Below are positions 1 through 12,108 of a stretch of DNA of 64,000 bases, piece after piece (the first letter of the stretch is position 1; the number at the start of each line of letters is the position of its first letter). Position numbers and translations under genes: made by a program. The notes under the pieces are model-generated. The model was not told where the DNA came from. It searched no databases and saw only the letters and a list, made by a program, of their open reading frames with translations. This DNA comes from Leucoraja erinacea (taxonomy: Eukaryota): the NCBI RefSeq assembly GCF_028641065.1, contig NC_073401.1, forward strand, positions 19,592,001 to 19,656,000, read 5' to 3'.

Positions 1-106
1 TGGACTTTCATTGGCTTGAAACCTGGTTCTCCTCACATCTTTTGTTTAATGTTTCCGTCCTGCCCTCTCTTATTCCCTCTTCACTTCTCTCCCTCTCTCC
101 CCGCAG

Positions 107-268
107 CTTGCAAAGAAGTACAACATGGTAGTAGTCTCTCCAATCTTGGAGCGGGATGAGTCTCATGGCGACACATTGTGGAACACTGCAGTGGTGATTT
201 CCAATACCGGCAAGATTCTTGGCAAGACCAGGAAGAACCACATTCCCAGGGTTGGAGATTTTAATGAG
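107..268 (+). CDS. UPB1: beta-ureidopropionase internal exon (first in window; 5' exons lie upstream)
   Basis: Polypyrimidine tract + CAG acceptor, GT donor at 269. 162 nt, [17 protein letters not shown]...[13 protein letters not shown], including the nitrilase-family catalytic Lys (RKNHIP). Confidence 0.97.
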
Positions 269-422
269 GTGAGAGCAGAGTTAAGTGTTAAATGTTTCAA
301 TGTGTAAAGTATGATGACTGCAGCAGCTGTTTTCTGGGGGATGTATTTCTGGTCTCTTTAGCTAGTGGGTGGCAGCATTCATGTAATTAATGAGATTGTG
401 CTGTCCAGTTACCCTGAGGCTA

Positions 423-1268
423 AAGGGCCTGTCCCACTTGCGTGTTCTAGGCACGCAAATTACGTAACCTCGTGGTCGCGTTGAGCGGAGACGGTCGAGC
501 GAAGGTCGGGCGCGATTACATGCGTACGCACAGGCATCTGGAACACGTGACGTCATTTGAAGATGCAGCCTGGAGTAACTCAGCGGGACCGGCAGCATCT
601 CAGGAGAGAAGGAATGGGTGATGTTTCGTGTTGAGACTCTCCTTCAGTTTGAAACTGAAACGTCACCCATTGCTTCTCTCCAGAGAAGCTGCTGGTCCCG
701 CTGAGTTACTCCTGCATTTTGTGTCTATCTTCAATTTTCTTGGCCCCGCTCTGGGAATAGAAGTGGGGGCGGATCCGGACCACAACGGCCGTGAGCGCCA
801 GGCCGAGTTCGGCAATCATTTGCCTGCGTCTGCTGCTGTTGAAGGTGAGACGTTGCATCGTGCCAGGGTCTTGGGCCTGTCCCACTTTGGCCTTCAGTTC
901 CTCGACAGCCTGTTGGCGTGCAAAGATTTAGTTCACTGCAAGAATTTCGGAGCCCCGCGCGATGTCGGGACCGCACAACTCCATACCCCTCCGCGCTTCT
1001 AAGTGGGACCGGCCCCGCGTGGCCATTCATTCAGATTCAGATTCAATTTTAATTGTCATTGTCAGTGTACAGTACAGAGACAACGAAATGCATTTAGCAT
1101 CTCCCTTGAAGAGCGACATAGCAAACGATTTGAATAAAAAAAAAAATAATAAGTGTCCGGGGGGGGGGGGGTGATTGGCAGTCACCGAGGTACGGTGACT
1201 GTACCCCTCAAGCGACCACGAGGTTGTGTAATTTGCGAGCCAAGGACGTGTAAGTGGGACAGGCCCTT
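423..1268. mobile_element. non-autonomous DNA transposon (TIR AAGGGCCTGTCCCACTT, TA flanks) with nested insertions
   Basis: 17-bp terminal inverted repeats, TA on both sides. Same TIR at 27926-28134 and ~19273. Confidence 0.75.
569..728. mobile_element. Penelope-like terminal repeat, fold-back pair
   Basis: Inverted copies of ggagtaactcagcggga...gggtgacgtttc. Confidence 0.7.
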
Positions 1269-2046
1269 TAGACGCCCCCTTCAATGTTGAGCTGAGCTAA
1301 CTGAGGAAGAGAGCTCCTGCTCAGTGTTGCAAGGACTTGCTATGATGATAGTGAGCTACTGATATAATCTCTGTCCTAACGAAGGGACCTTGCTCATGGT
1401 TGTTGTCCACTGATTACATCAGCAGACTAGGGCTATGGGTCTATTTATTATTGTCAACCATGCAGTGAAAACTTTGATTTGCATGCTATCCAGGCAGATT
1501 ATACCATATGTGACTACAATCAAGCCATACACAAATACAACACATAGTACAAAGAGAAATATAGAGTGCAGCACCGTATTAAATCTACAGAGATGGTGCA
1601 GATAACCTAAACGTGCAAGGGGTGCAAAAAGATAGGTTAGCAGATCTCCTCTTTTAGCATCTAATAAGTCAGTTCAGTAGTCTGATAACGGCAGGGATGA
1701 AGCTGCCCCTAAAATGAAATCTGGGTTTTATATGGCACTTTTCATGTTCCCTGAGAGGACCTCTCCATGTGTTCACTTGTAAGAAACACAGCAACAATCT
1801 GCCTCTTCAACGGTCCTATCCACCACTGCATTTCCCAACTTTTCCGTTGATCTGTGTTTTCCTGCGTCTTTCGGCAACCTTCTTTGCTGTGATTCACCAA
1901 GTTGCAAATTTACGAATCAGACCACCTACATTTTAATCCAAGTATTTACATATTACAAACAACAAACGCTCAGCCATACAAAGTCAAAGTCAATTTTATT
2001 CGTCACTTGTTTATACATCACGTTATATTTTTCCACCCCTCAACCG

Positions 2047-3241
2047 TTATCCTCTTGCTATTGAGGGAGTGCAGCGTAGGTTTACAATGTTTATTCCCGG
2101 GATGGCGGGACTGTCATATGCTGGGAGAATGGAGCGGCTGGGTTTGTATACTCTGGAGTTTAGAAGGATGAGAGGGAATCTTATTGAAACATATCATCCA
2201 TGCCTTCATCTCCTCCTGACTGGACTACTGCAACTCACTTCTCCTTGGCATCAGCTCCACCTACATCAACCGACTCCAACTGGTCCAGAACGCAGCCGCC
2301 CGACTCATCACCCACACCAAATCCTGGCATCACATCACTCCAGTCCTCAAACAACTCCTCTGGCTTCCCATCTCCCACCGGATCACCTACAAAATCCTGG
2401 TCCTCACCTACAAAGCCCTCCACCATCTGGCCCCCCCATATCTCACTGACCTCCTCTCCCCCTACCAACCCTCACGGTCCCTCAGATCCACCATCAGCCG
2501 GTCTCCTCTCCATCCACAAATCCAACCTCCGCAGTTTTGGGGACAGAGCCTTCTCCAGGGCAGCTCCCAGGCTCTGGAACTCCCTCCCCCAACTGATCTG
2601 CAATTCCATATCCCTCACCATCTTCCAGTCCTGCCTCAAGACCCATCTCTTCACCTCTGCCTATCCTTAGCCCCACGTCCCCCTCCCTTTTCATCTGTGC
2701 TTGAATTGCCTCATATTGTGTTTTGAATTGAATTCTGTCTTTAATTTGTGTACTAGTCATGTCTCTACTATTTATTTCATTCCGCTTACATGTTTTTCCT
2801 CTACTTGCTAAATTTTTGTAAGGTGTCCTTGAGACTCTTGAAAGGCGCCCATAAATAAAATGTATTATTATTATTATTATTATAAGATTATTAAAGGTTT
2901 GGACACGCTAGAGGCAGGAAACATGTTCCCGATGTAGGCGGAGCCCAGAACAAGGGGCCACAGTTTAAGAATAAGGGATAAGCCATTTAGAACGGGGACG
3001 AGGAAACACTTTTTCTCACATTGAGTTGTGAGTCTGTGGAATTCTCTGCCTCGGAGGGCGGTGGAGGCCGGTTCTCTGGATACTTTCAAGAGAGCTAGAT
3101 AGGGCTCTTAAAAATAGATATGGGGATATGGAGTGAAGGCAGGAACGGGGTACTGATTTGTACGATCAGCCATGATCACATTGAATGATGGTGCTGGCTC
3201 GAAGGGCCGAATGGCCTACTCCTGCACCTATTGTCTATTGT
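2047..3241 (+). mobile_element. CR1-clade LINE 3' end, interrupted by an L2
   Basis: ...VQRRFT..IPGMAGLSY.ERMERLGLYTLEFRRMRG...HFFS.RVV.LWNSLP; 3' UTR ending cctattgtctattg. Confidence 0.85.
2194..2883 (+). mobile_element. L2-clade LINE 3' fragment
   Basis: IHAFISS.LDYCNSLLLG...LQLVQNAAARLITH...GDRAFSRAAPRLWNSLP; ends aaataaaatg(tat)n. Confidence 0.88.
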
Positions 3242-3907
3242 TTCCTGTAACCAAGCTAATTTTGGATCCAGTTTGCCAGCACACTTCAGTTCCCTTGTGG
3301 CTTTATCTTCTGGACCAGCTTAACATACTGTATCTTGTAAAAATCCTACCAGTCTATGTAAACTACATTGATTGTGGTTCCTTCATTGATATTCTTCATT
3401 ACCTCCCCAAAATATTTTCAGCACAAAACCATGCTGACTACTCCTAATCAGTCCTTGCCTTTCCAAGTGAACATAAATCCTGTTGTAGGGAATTGCTAAT
3501 TGTGGTTTGTGGATTTTGGAAAATAGATTAAGGACTTGGATTGCATAGAACAGTTCTGGACAGGAACAGATCCTTCGGCCAAACATGATGCCAAGCTAAA
3601 CTAATTTCCATTGTCTACATGTGATCCATTCCCTGCATATCCACGTGCCTAGCTAATGCCAGCAATTCTCCTGTTATTGTTGTGCTAAGTGACCACCTAA
3701 TTCATTGAATTTTCTACATGGTATCAGTGTTACATCTGCAGTTGTCTGTATCTGGTTTGTCTCCTTCTTCATAGTTAGCCTGTTTCCAATCTATGGATGG
3801 ATCTCAGTAAATCCTGATAATAAATAGCAGTGCCTCCCAAATCTCCTCAATGGATTCTTATAACATCACGAAAGAGTTCCAAATCAACATGGAATGCAAA
3901 TATCCTT

Positions 3908-3911
<4 letters not shown>

Positions 3912-3938
<27 letters not shown>
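3912..3938. repeat. (TC)n microsatellite
   Basis: Read directly from the sequence. Confidence 0.9.
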
Positions 3939-3942
<4 letters not shown>

Positions 3943-4506
3943 TTTCTGAAGAGTCAGTGATTTTAAGGCATTACGTATGAGGAATTTCATTACGGAGAGT
4001 GTATGTTGTTCTCCTCCAACTCCCTTTGCATTGTCTGAAGGGAAACTTGTTCAGTGTGGTTATTGTGCAGAGATCTCTCCTAGGGGTGAGGTTCCCACAC
4101 TTGGGAATGAGGCAGAAACCTCAACAAGGTCCTGTATCATTGTACCAAGACATCTTTGCTTCTGAACTCTAATCCTCTTGCAGTGAAAACCACCATATTC
4201 TGTTTTGCTTTGAACTGTTTATTGTACATGTATGTTTGTTTTTAGTGACTGGAATACAAGGACATGCAAATCTAAGTAGGCATCAGCATTTCCCAGACTT
4301 TATAACACAAAATAACACACAATTTATTTAGTTTTTCCCACTGATTATTTCACATTTATTTAAGACTGCATTTGCCAAATACTTAAGACAGACACAAAAT
4401 GTTAGAGTAACTCAGCAGGACATCTCTGGAGAGATGCTGACTGTCCCACTGTGTCCCACGCATTTTGTGTCTATCTTCGGTTTAAACCAGCATCTGCAGT
4501 TCCTTT

Positions 4507-4976
4507 AATAGACAATAGACAATAGGTGCAGGAGTAGGCCATTCGGCCCTTCGAGCCAGCACCGCCACTCAATGTGATCATGGCTGATCATCCCCAATCA
4601 GTACTAGGTTCCTGTCTTCTCCCCATATCCCCTGACTCCGCTATCTTTAAGATACCTATTTAGCTCTCTCTTGAAAGTATCCAGAGAACCGGCCTCCACC
4701 GCCCTCTGAGGCAGAGAATTCCACAGACTCACAACTCTCTGTGTGAAAAAGTGTTTCCTCATTTCTGTTCTAAATGACTTGCCCATTATTCTTAAACTGT
4801 GGCCCCTGGTTCTGGACTCCCCCAACATCAGGAACATGTTTCCTACCTCTAGCGTGTCCAAACCCTTAATAATCGTATGTTTCAATAAGATACCCTCTCA
4901 TCCTTCTAAACTCCAGAGTATTCAAGCCCAGCCGCTCCATTCTCTCAGCATATGACAGTCCCGCCATCCCGGGAAA
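4507..4976 (-). mobile_element. CR1 LINE 3' end
   Basis: Reverse complement of the 2047-3241 family, with (tattgtc)n tail. Confidence 0.85.
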
Positions 4977-5648
4977 TCTACAACTTCCTACAACTCTGCG
5001 AAATACTTGCCAACTCAAACTGTCTGTTGTCTTGAAGCCTTTTGTCACACTCCCCAAAACACACTCAACGTCACCCAGATCTGAGTTGTAAAGAAATATT
5101 AAAACTCTTCCATTCTACATCATTATGAATAGCTGAGGCCTAGTTGGCCGATGACTTGCTATCTGTCCCAAGAAAACATTTCCTGAGGATTTTGGGAGTG
5201 CAAACTATGTTGATATCTATCATTTTTCACCATTAGCAGACAAATTACAGTAAAATGAATACTGACCGAGTCCAGGACAAAGCATTTATCACAGCCATTA
5301 TATACAACTGTCATTAAACATTGTGAAGCCTAAAGATGCAACAGGAACTGTCAGTTTTAAGAGCTCTGCTATTGCAGTTTATTAACATTGAGAACTGGAA
5401 GGCTGCCTAATGTGTTTTATTTATAGTCAAGTCAAGTTTATTTGTTACATACACATACGCGATGTGCAGTGATGCACATCTTTTGTATAAGTCATTAAGG
5501 ACCAGACCACATGCGCACACTAGACATTAAGTGAGGTAGGAAAAGATAACAAGACAATAGTGTTAGATTCTGAATCTGAGTGAGAAATAGCCCATACGCC
5601 TCTGTAAATGTAATGTATTATTCATTATTTGGAGTATAATGTGCCGTT

Positions 5649-6204
5649 TAACCTGGAGTATTGAGTGCAGATTTGGTCCCCTAATTTGAGGAAGGACATT
5701 CTTGCTATTGAGGGAGTGCAGTGCAGGTTTACAAGGTTAATTCCCGGGATGGCAGGACTGTCATATGCTGAGAGAATGGAACAACTGGGCTTGTACACTC
5801 TGGAGTTTAGAAGGATGAGAGGAAGTCTCATTGAAACATATAAGATTGTTAAGGGCTTGGACACGCTAGAGACAGGAAACATGTTCCCGATATTGGGGGA
5901 GTACAGAACCAGGGGCCACAGTTTAAGAATAAGGAGTAAGCCATTTAGAACTGAGACGAGGAAACACTTTTTCTCACAGAGAGTGGTGAGTCTGTGGAAT
6001 TCTCTGCCTCGGAGGGCGATGGAGGCAGGTTCTCTGGATGCTTTCAAGAGAGAGCCAGATAGGGCTCTGAAAAATAGCGGAGTCAGGTGATATAGGGAGA
6101 AGGCAGGAACAGGGTACTGATTGGGGATGATCAGCCATGATCACATTGAATGGCGGTGCTGGCACGAAGGGCCAAATGGCCTACTCCTGCACCTATTGTC
6201 TATT
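5649..6204 (+). mobile_element. CR1 LINE 3' end
   Basis: ORF 5665-6090 LEY..QIWSPNLRKDILAIEGVQ...; same 3' tail. Confidence 0.88.
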
Positions 6205-6461
6205 ATACTATGCCTTGTTTGAGACATTAAATGTGGTCTAGCTTGATAAGTTTGCATCAATATTTTCTCATGCATATTTTCTATTTGACTGTGTAATTTC
6301 CCCTTGGTTATTTATAATTCTACCCAAAATTGTGCTTCAGTCAATAATATGCTAATATACATAAATGGTTCCTTTTGAACAACATTTTGACCCAAACCTT
6401 GAGCAATACTCTGTGCCTGATATGATCACCATCTTAGTTCAGAGTGGAGAATTGCAGGGTT

Positions 6462-6560
6462 TAGATGGACACAAAATGCTGGAGTAACTCAGCGTGACAG
6501 GCAGCATCTCAGGGGAGAAGGAATGGGTGACGTTTCGAGTCGAGACCTTTCTTCAGACTG
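6462..6560 (-). mobile_element. Penelope-like terminal repeat with hammerhead core
   Basis: Minus strand reads CTGAAGA-AAGGTCTCGACTC-GAAAC-GTC. Confidence 0.7.
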
Positions 6561-7115
6561 TACATACCAGGGCACGGGGTGTAACAGTAGATGAGAGGAG
6601 ACTCTGCCAGCTGTTGACACTATTTGAGTTAATAGATTTGTGATTAAGCGAGTGTTTAGTTAAAAGCCTGTCATTTAGCAGCATAACAAATGTTAACTCG
6701 GAATAATGGAAAGATACAGCATTGAAACAGCACTTCGCCCTCTGAGTTCATGTCAACCAACAACCACCCATTTACCCTAATCCTACAATCCTGTTTTATT
6801 CTCCGCACACTCCCATCAGCTATTCTCCCCACCCCCCCCAGGTTTTAACACTCACCTGACACAGACGGCTGTGGAGTCCAAGTCAATGGATATTTTTAAG
6901 GTGAAGATTGACAGATTCTTGATTAGTAAGGGTGTCGGGTTATGGGGCGAAGGCAGGAAAATGGGGTTGAGAGGGAAAAATAGATCAGCCATGATTGAAT
7001 AGTGGAGTAGACTTGATGGGCCGAATGGCTTCATTCTGCTCCTAGAACGTATGAATTATCTTTGGGATGAAGGAAGAGACCAGAGGAGCTGGAGGAAACC
7101 TACTCAATTACAGGG

Positions 7116-7282
7116 NNNNNNNNNNNNNNNNNNNNNNNNNNNNNNNNNNNNNNNNNNNNNNNNNNNNNNNNNNNNNNNNNNNNNNNNNNNNNNNNNNNNN
7201 NNNNNNNNNNNNNNNNNNNNNNNNNNNNNNNNNNNNNNNNNNNNNNNNNNNNNNNNNNNNNNNNNNNNNNNNNNNNNNNNNN
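7116..7282. other. assembly gap (N run)
   Basis: 167 N. Confidence 1.
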
Positions 7283-7559
7283 CACCGGAACTGAGGCAGA
7301 GTGGCTCTACTGTCTACACCACTGTACCACCCACATCTTTGCCAGGAGTTATTCTGTAGTCTTCGTTGGCAGCTGCTCAGGGAAAACATCAAACCATTTG
7401 GACAATTTCTCCCATGATGCTTCTCCCTTCAGGGAGCGACTGTATTTGTGGTAACCATTGTTCACACACAGCCCACCATACCCTGTCTGAACTGTGTGCC
7501 AATTACCATGGATAAGCCAATGGTCTGTAAACTACAGCTGTGGTCTAATGCTGTATTGT

Positions 7560-7745
7560 GAGCGGGCCAGGCAGCACCTCTGGAGAGAAGGAATAGGTGA
7601 CGTTTCGGGTCTCGATTCTGAAGAAGGGTCTCGACCTGAAATGTCATCCATTCCTTCTCCAGAGATGCTGCCTGTCCCGCTGAGTTACTCCAGCATTTTG
7701 TGTCTACCGTCGATTCAAACCAGCATCTGCTGTTCTTTCCTACAC
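7560..7745. mobile_element. Penelope-like terminal repeat, fold-back pair
   Basis: Inverted arms around ctgaagaagggtctcgacctgaaatgtc. Confidence 0.7.
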
Positions 7746-8099
7746 TGTATTGTGAGCTGTGTCTTTCCAAACCATCCCACCAATGATAACTAAAATGATT
7801 CACTTTGCTTTGAAAAGAATTGGCATGTATTTTGTGAAATTAAAATGTTGGATAAATAGACTACGATTGACCTTGTACGTGGGATCAAGCTTCCTGCTTC
7901 CAAGCTCTCTCCAAAGAAAGCTAATGATTTCATGTATTAGAGTTTCTCTCCAAGAAATACCGGCTGCAAGATGTCTTGGAGAAGCATCTGGACCTCTTGC
8001 ACAATCACCGTGTCCATGAGACTTTTGAAACTTGAAGACATTAAAACCAGTTTTCTGGACATTGAATTTTCTGTACTAAACTTTAAAACTGGCTTAATC

Positions 8100-8134
8100 G
8101 GTCTGATGAAGGGTTTCGGCCCGAAACGTTGCCC
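8100..8134 (+). ncRNA. minimal hammerhead ribozyme motif in a Penelope terminal repeat (8100-8196)
   Basis: CUGAUGA + A + stem II GGGU-UUCG-GCCC + GAAA + CGUU; short stem I GGU/GCC. Confidence 0.6.
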
Positions 8135-11100
8135 GTTTCCTCCACTCCATAGATACTGCTGCACCCGCTGAGCTTCTCCAGCATTTTTGTCTACCTTTAA
8201 AATTGGCTTGTTATGCTTTGATTTATGTTGAGAAGTTGTTAAGTCTATGAAACAAACTAATCCTTCTGTGTGAAATCCTCTGGATGAGTGTGAAGGACAG
8301 TGCTACCACTGCACAAGATAACTGCTTGACAACTGTAGGTCTGCAGGAAGTGATTTCGATGCTTTTATCTCTATAGTGGACTTTTAATTTGCAAAATGGG
8401 TATCAGAATTTTGCTAAAAGCCTAGAGTGGGAGGGGAACTATATATTTGTGAATCCATAACTTGTTAAACATCCTGTATGATTCTTCAAAAATGTGACTT
8501 TATTTCCACAATCAAATTTACATTCAGCCCATTATGTATGTGTGTGACCAGCCTGACCCCATCTCCCTGCATAGCATCTATACCTTGTAGGTCACAACTC
8601 TTCGAGTCCAGCCCCTGGAACAGTCACCCTCATTACGAAAGGGCTGTGTTTCCTGAAATCCTGTCATACAAAATCTTGTTATTATAAATACACAATGACC
8701 ACACACGCAACCATACATATACAATTAAATAAAGACGCATTTATTTACAAGGCATGTCTAAATAACTTGGGAAAGGAGACTCCAGGACATGTTTCACTGC
8801 AAGGATTTTTTCACACGGGGCTTAATAATGTGGTATAACATTTTTTGAAAGCATTCATGGGTTCTGTCTCAACCACCCTTTTTCAGATCGTGACTTCCAG
8901 ATCTCTGTAACTTTAACTTTTCCCCTCTCCTCGCTCATATTCTTTACTAATTATGTCAAATGTCTGCTCGTGGCTTAGACTGCTCAGTCGAAGGAACTAT
9001 GTCCTTCACATTTGCTTTAATCGAGGCCCATCATAATTTGAAACTTTTCAACCTTCCTCTGATCCAAATAAAACAATCCCAGCCCATCTAATCTTTCCTC
9101 ATAACTACTAATTTTCCCTTTTATTAAATACTCTTCGACAGCCTCTTGATTTTTCTTGCATCTTCCCTGTAATGTGGTGACCAGAACTGTATGACTGTGT
9201 GCAGTGCTCATGCTGTGTGACTAATGTTTTATACAGATCTAGCATGGTCTGCCTGCCCTTCCTTTCTCTCCCTTGTCTACTGAAGGAAAATATCCTATGT
9301 TCCATGCCATATCCTCGCATTTATTGTATCCTTCCTCCCGTATGCTTCACCTCACCAACTGCTTTACTTCACTCTTCTCTGGATTAAATTCTAGTTGCCA
9401 TTTTCCTTTTGCCCAATTGACCAAACTCTATATCTTGCTACCGTTTCATACCTGCCTCTTTTCTTGCTAAATTAATTGGCATTTCCATCACCTGCAAACT
9501 TTTTTCTTCTCTCCTACATTTAGGTTAAAATCATTAGTAAAAACTATGCAAAGCACCTCCAGCATTCTCTTATCTTTAGATTTGCAGCATCAGCAGTTTT
9601 CTGCTTTTTATTATTTTTGACTGCTCCCCGTCTAATATAAATGTAGGTTTCTGTTGTCCCCTATAAATTGTGTCATGAATTTTCCTATGCCCAAAGTAAA
9701 AATAACCAGCCGGTAACTAAAAAGCAAGATACTGTAGGAATCTGAAAACAAAGCAAGTCCTGGAGGTAGTCAGTGGTCAGGCAGCTCCTGTAGTGATGAA
9801 TAGGAGTGTTATGCTGGCCTGTACTGCAGGGGTTCAGGAGTAAGGAAGTATGGTGAGCTCTAAGCACAGTTTTGGTCTCTGTATTTGAGAAGGATGCTTT
9901 GCAGATTCACTGCCCAGTATCCTCATATCCTCAACGATATCCCAGTTTCTAGTGCTGCAATCAATGCCCTGTGCCACCCAGTGGATCTTGACGGAGTCTA
10001 CTGGGGCAGTGCCGTCTCCTGCAAATCCACCCCCACTCTGTGTTTGGTTAAACTCGGTACAACGTGGATCCTCCCCTGCCATCCTGCTCGGCCCCAGGGA
10101 GAAAGGTAACACGTTTTTGTTACTTTAAATTGATTTTCACTGGATAACAGTCTCTGACTGCTAGCGAGTACAGTGTGCCATTGTTGGCCAAATGCCAGTG
10201 TTGTGTTTCCAAACTCCAGTGTGGCACAGAGTGGTGGATCCTGAACTGTGGATACTTTAATCAGCAATAAGCAGGGACTGGAACAGCCAAGTAATTAATG
10301 TTGGGTCGAAAGGCAGCTGTAGGAACAGGTCCAGTGCTTTCCCTCACTCTCGTAATCTCACAGAGCTCTGTTTCAACAAAAATCATAACTTTTAAAACAT
10401 GTGAATAAAGAATTCTTTTGAGTATAAATAAAAATGGAAAATGCTGGATATGCTCAAATTAAAAGGTCCCTGACCTGTGACGTGAACTCTTGCTCTCTCG
10501 CAGCAGAAGCCCAGTGACCTTGTGAGGATGTTCATCATTTTGTCTTTAATTTCCATTTTGCTTTTGGATGAAAGGACATTTTCCTGTAAATAAACACAAC
10601 TAGAAATCTAATAAGCAAAGCAAAAGTCGGAAATAACCTGGTGGGCCAGTCCGAATTCTTCCCATTTATTCTTGCTGATCCAAAACAACAATGGTTCCAG
10701 AGTGTTTATTTGTCATGTGCATGGGATGTAAACCAGAACAACAAAATGTGTACTTACTGCAGCTTCAAATGCATATTGCAGCAATAACAATAAATATACA
10801 ATAAATTATCAGTTATTCTAAGTCCATGATAATGCACAAGCCAAAGTACATAGAGCAACTGGAGTTGTGCAAACTGTGCAGTGGTTCGAAGCTGAGGCAG
10901 GGTTGCGCAGGGTACTTCAAGCATCTGATGGTTGATGGGAAGAAGCTGTTCTTGAACCTGTGCTTCTCAGACTACTGTACTTTCTTCCTAATGGTCATAG
11001 TGAGAAAGGACTGTGAGGTCATTGATATTAGCTGCTGCCTTGAGGTAGCACTTACTGTAGATGCTGTTGAAGGTGGGAAGGGTCAGTACCCATGATGGAC

Positions 11101-11389
11101 TGGGCACTGTTCACCACTTTCTGTAGCCTCCTGCATTCTTGAGCGTTAGAATTACTGAACTAAGTTGTGATGCAACCAGACAGCGTGCTCTCCACCATCC
11201 ACATGTTGAAGTTCAATTCAGCAACATCTGAGGAATCAAAGGTATTGGTAAGCTTTCTTTGTGATTGCTTCAATGTGCTGGGTCCAGGACAGATCATGAG
11301 ATCGTCAGAAATCGGAGAAGGTACAAATTGAAGCTGTTTTTTCTCAGCAGAAGGAATTTAAAACAGCAAAATGTGGCACGGTTGCAATT

Positions 11390-11825
11390 TCAAGATTCAA
11401 GAGTTTATTGTCATGTGTCCCTGATAGGACAATGAAATTCTTGCTTTGCTTCAGCACAACAGAATATAGAAGGCATGACTACAGAACAGATCAGTGTATC
11501 CATATACCATTATATAAATATATACACACATGAATAAATAAACTAATAAAGTGCAAATAACAGATAATGGGCTATTAATGTTCAGAGTTTTGTCCGAGCC
11601 AAGTTTAATAGCCTGATGGCTGTGGGGAAGTAGCTATTCCTGAACCTGGTTGTTGCAGTCTTTGGGCTCCTGTACCTTCTCCCTGAAGGTAGCAGGGAGA
11701 TGAGTGTGTGGCCAGGATGGTGTGGGTCCTTGATGATACCGCCAACCTTTTTGAGGCAGCCACTGCAATAGATCCCCTCGATGGAAGGGAGGTCAGAGCC
11801 GATGATGGACTGGGCAGTGTTTACT
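11390..11825 (-). mobile_element. Rex1/Babar-like LINE 3' end
   Basis: Minus strand [24 protein letters not shown]...RFRNSYFPTAIRLLN, with (cttgaat)n tail. Related pieces at ~10700-11330, 27710-28330, 50490-51030. Confidence 0.7.
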
Positions 11826-11938
11826 TCTCCTGCTTCTCATTCTCTTCTGCTTCTCCTACAGAAGGTAGCAATGGGTCTTCCATGAATTGCTGGCCTGGTG
11901 TGCTGATAGTGGTGACAGGTATATTTCTTTCTTTACAG

Positions 11939-12108
11939 TCTACATATTACATGGAAGGGAACACTGGTCACACAGTGTTTCAGACTACATTTGGACGGAT
12001 TGCTGTAAATATCTGCTATGGTCGACACCACCCGTTGAATTGGTTAATGTACAGCATTAATGGAGCGGAAATTATCTTCAACCCTTCTGCTACTGTGGGG
12101 GAGCTGAG
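11939..12108 (+). CDS. UPB1: beta-ureidopropionase exon
   Basis: ttacag acceptor, gtaaga donor. 170 nt, [11 protein letters not shown]...[12 protein letters not shown]...NPSATVGEL, with the catalytic Cys in NICYG. Confidence 0.97.

Noticed and set aside
7051-7392. ORFs containing X runs
   Set aside because: They span the assembly gap.
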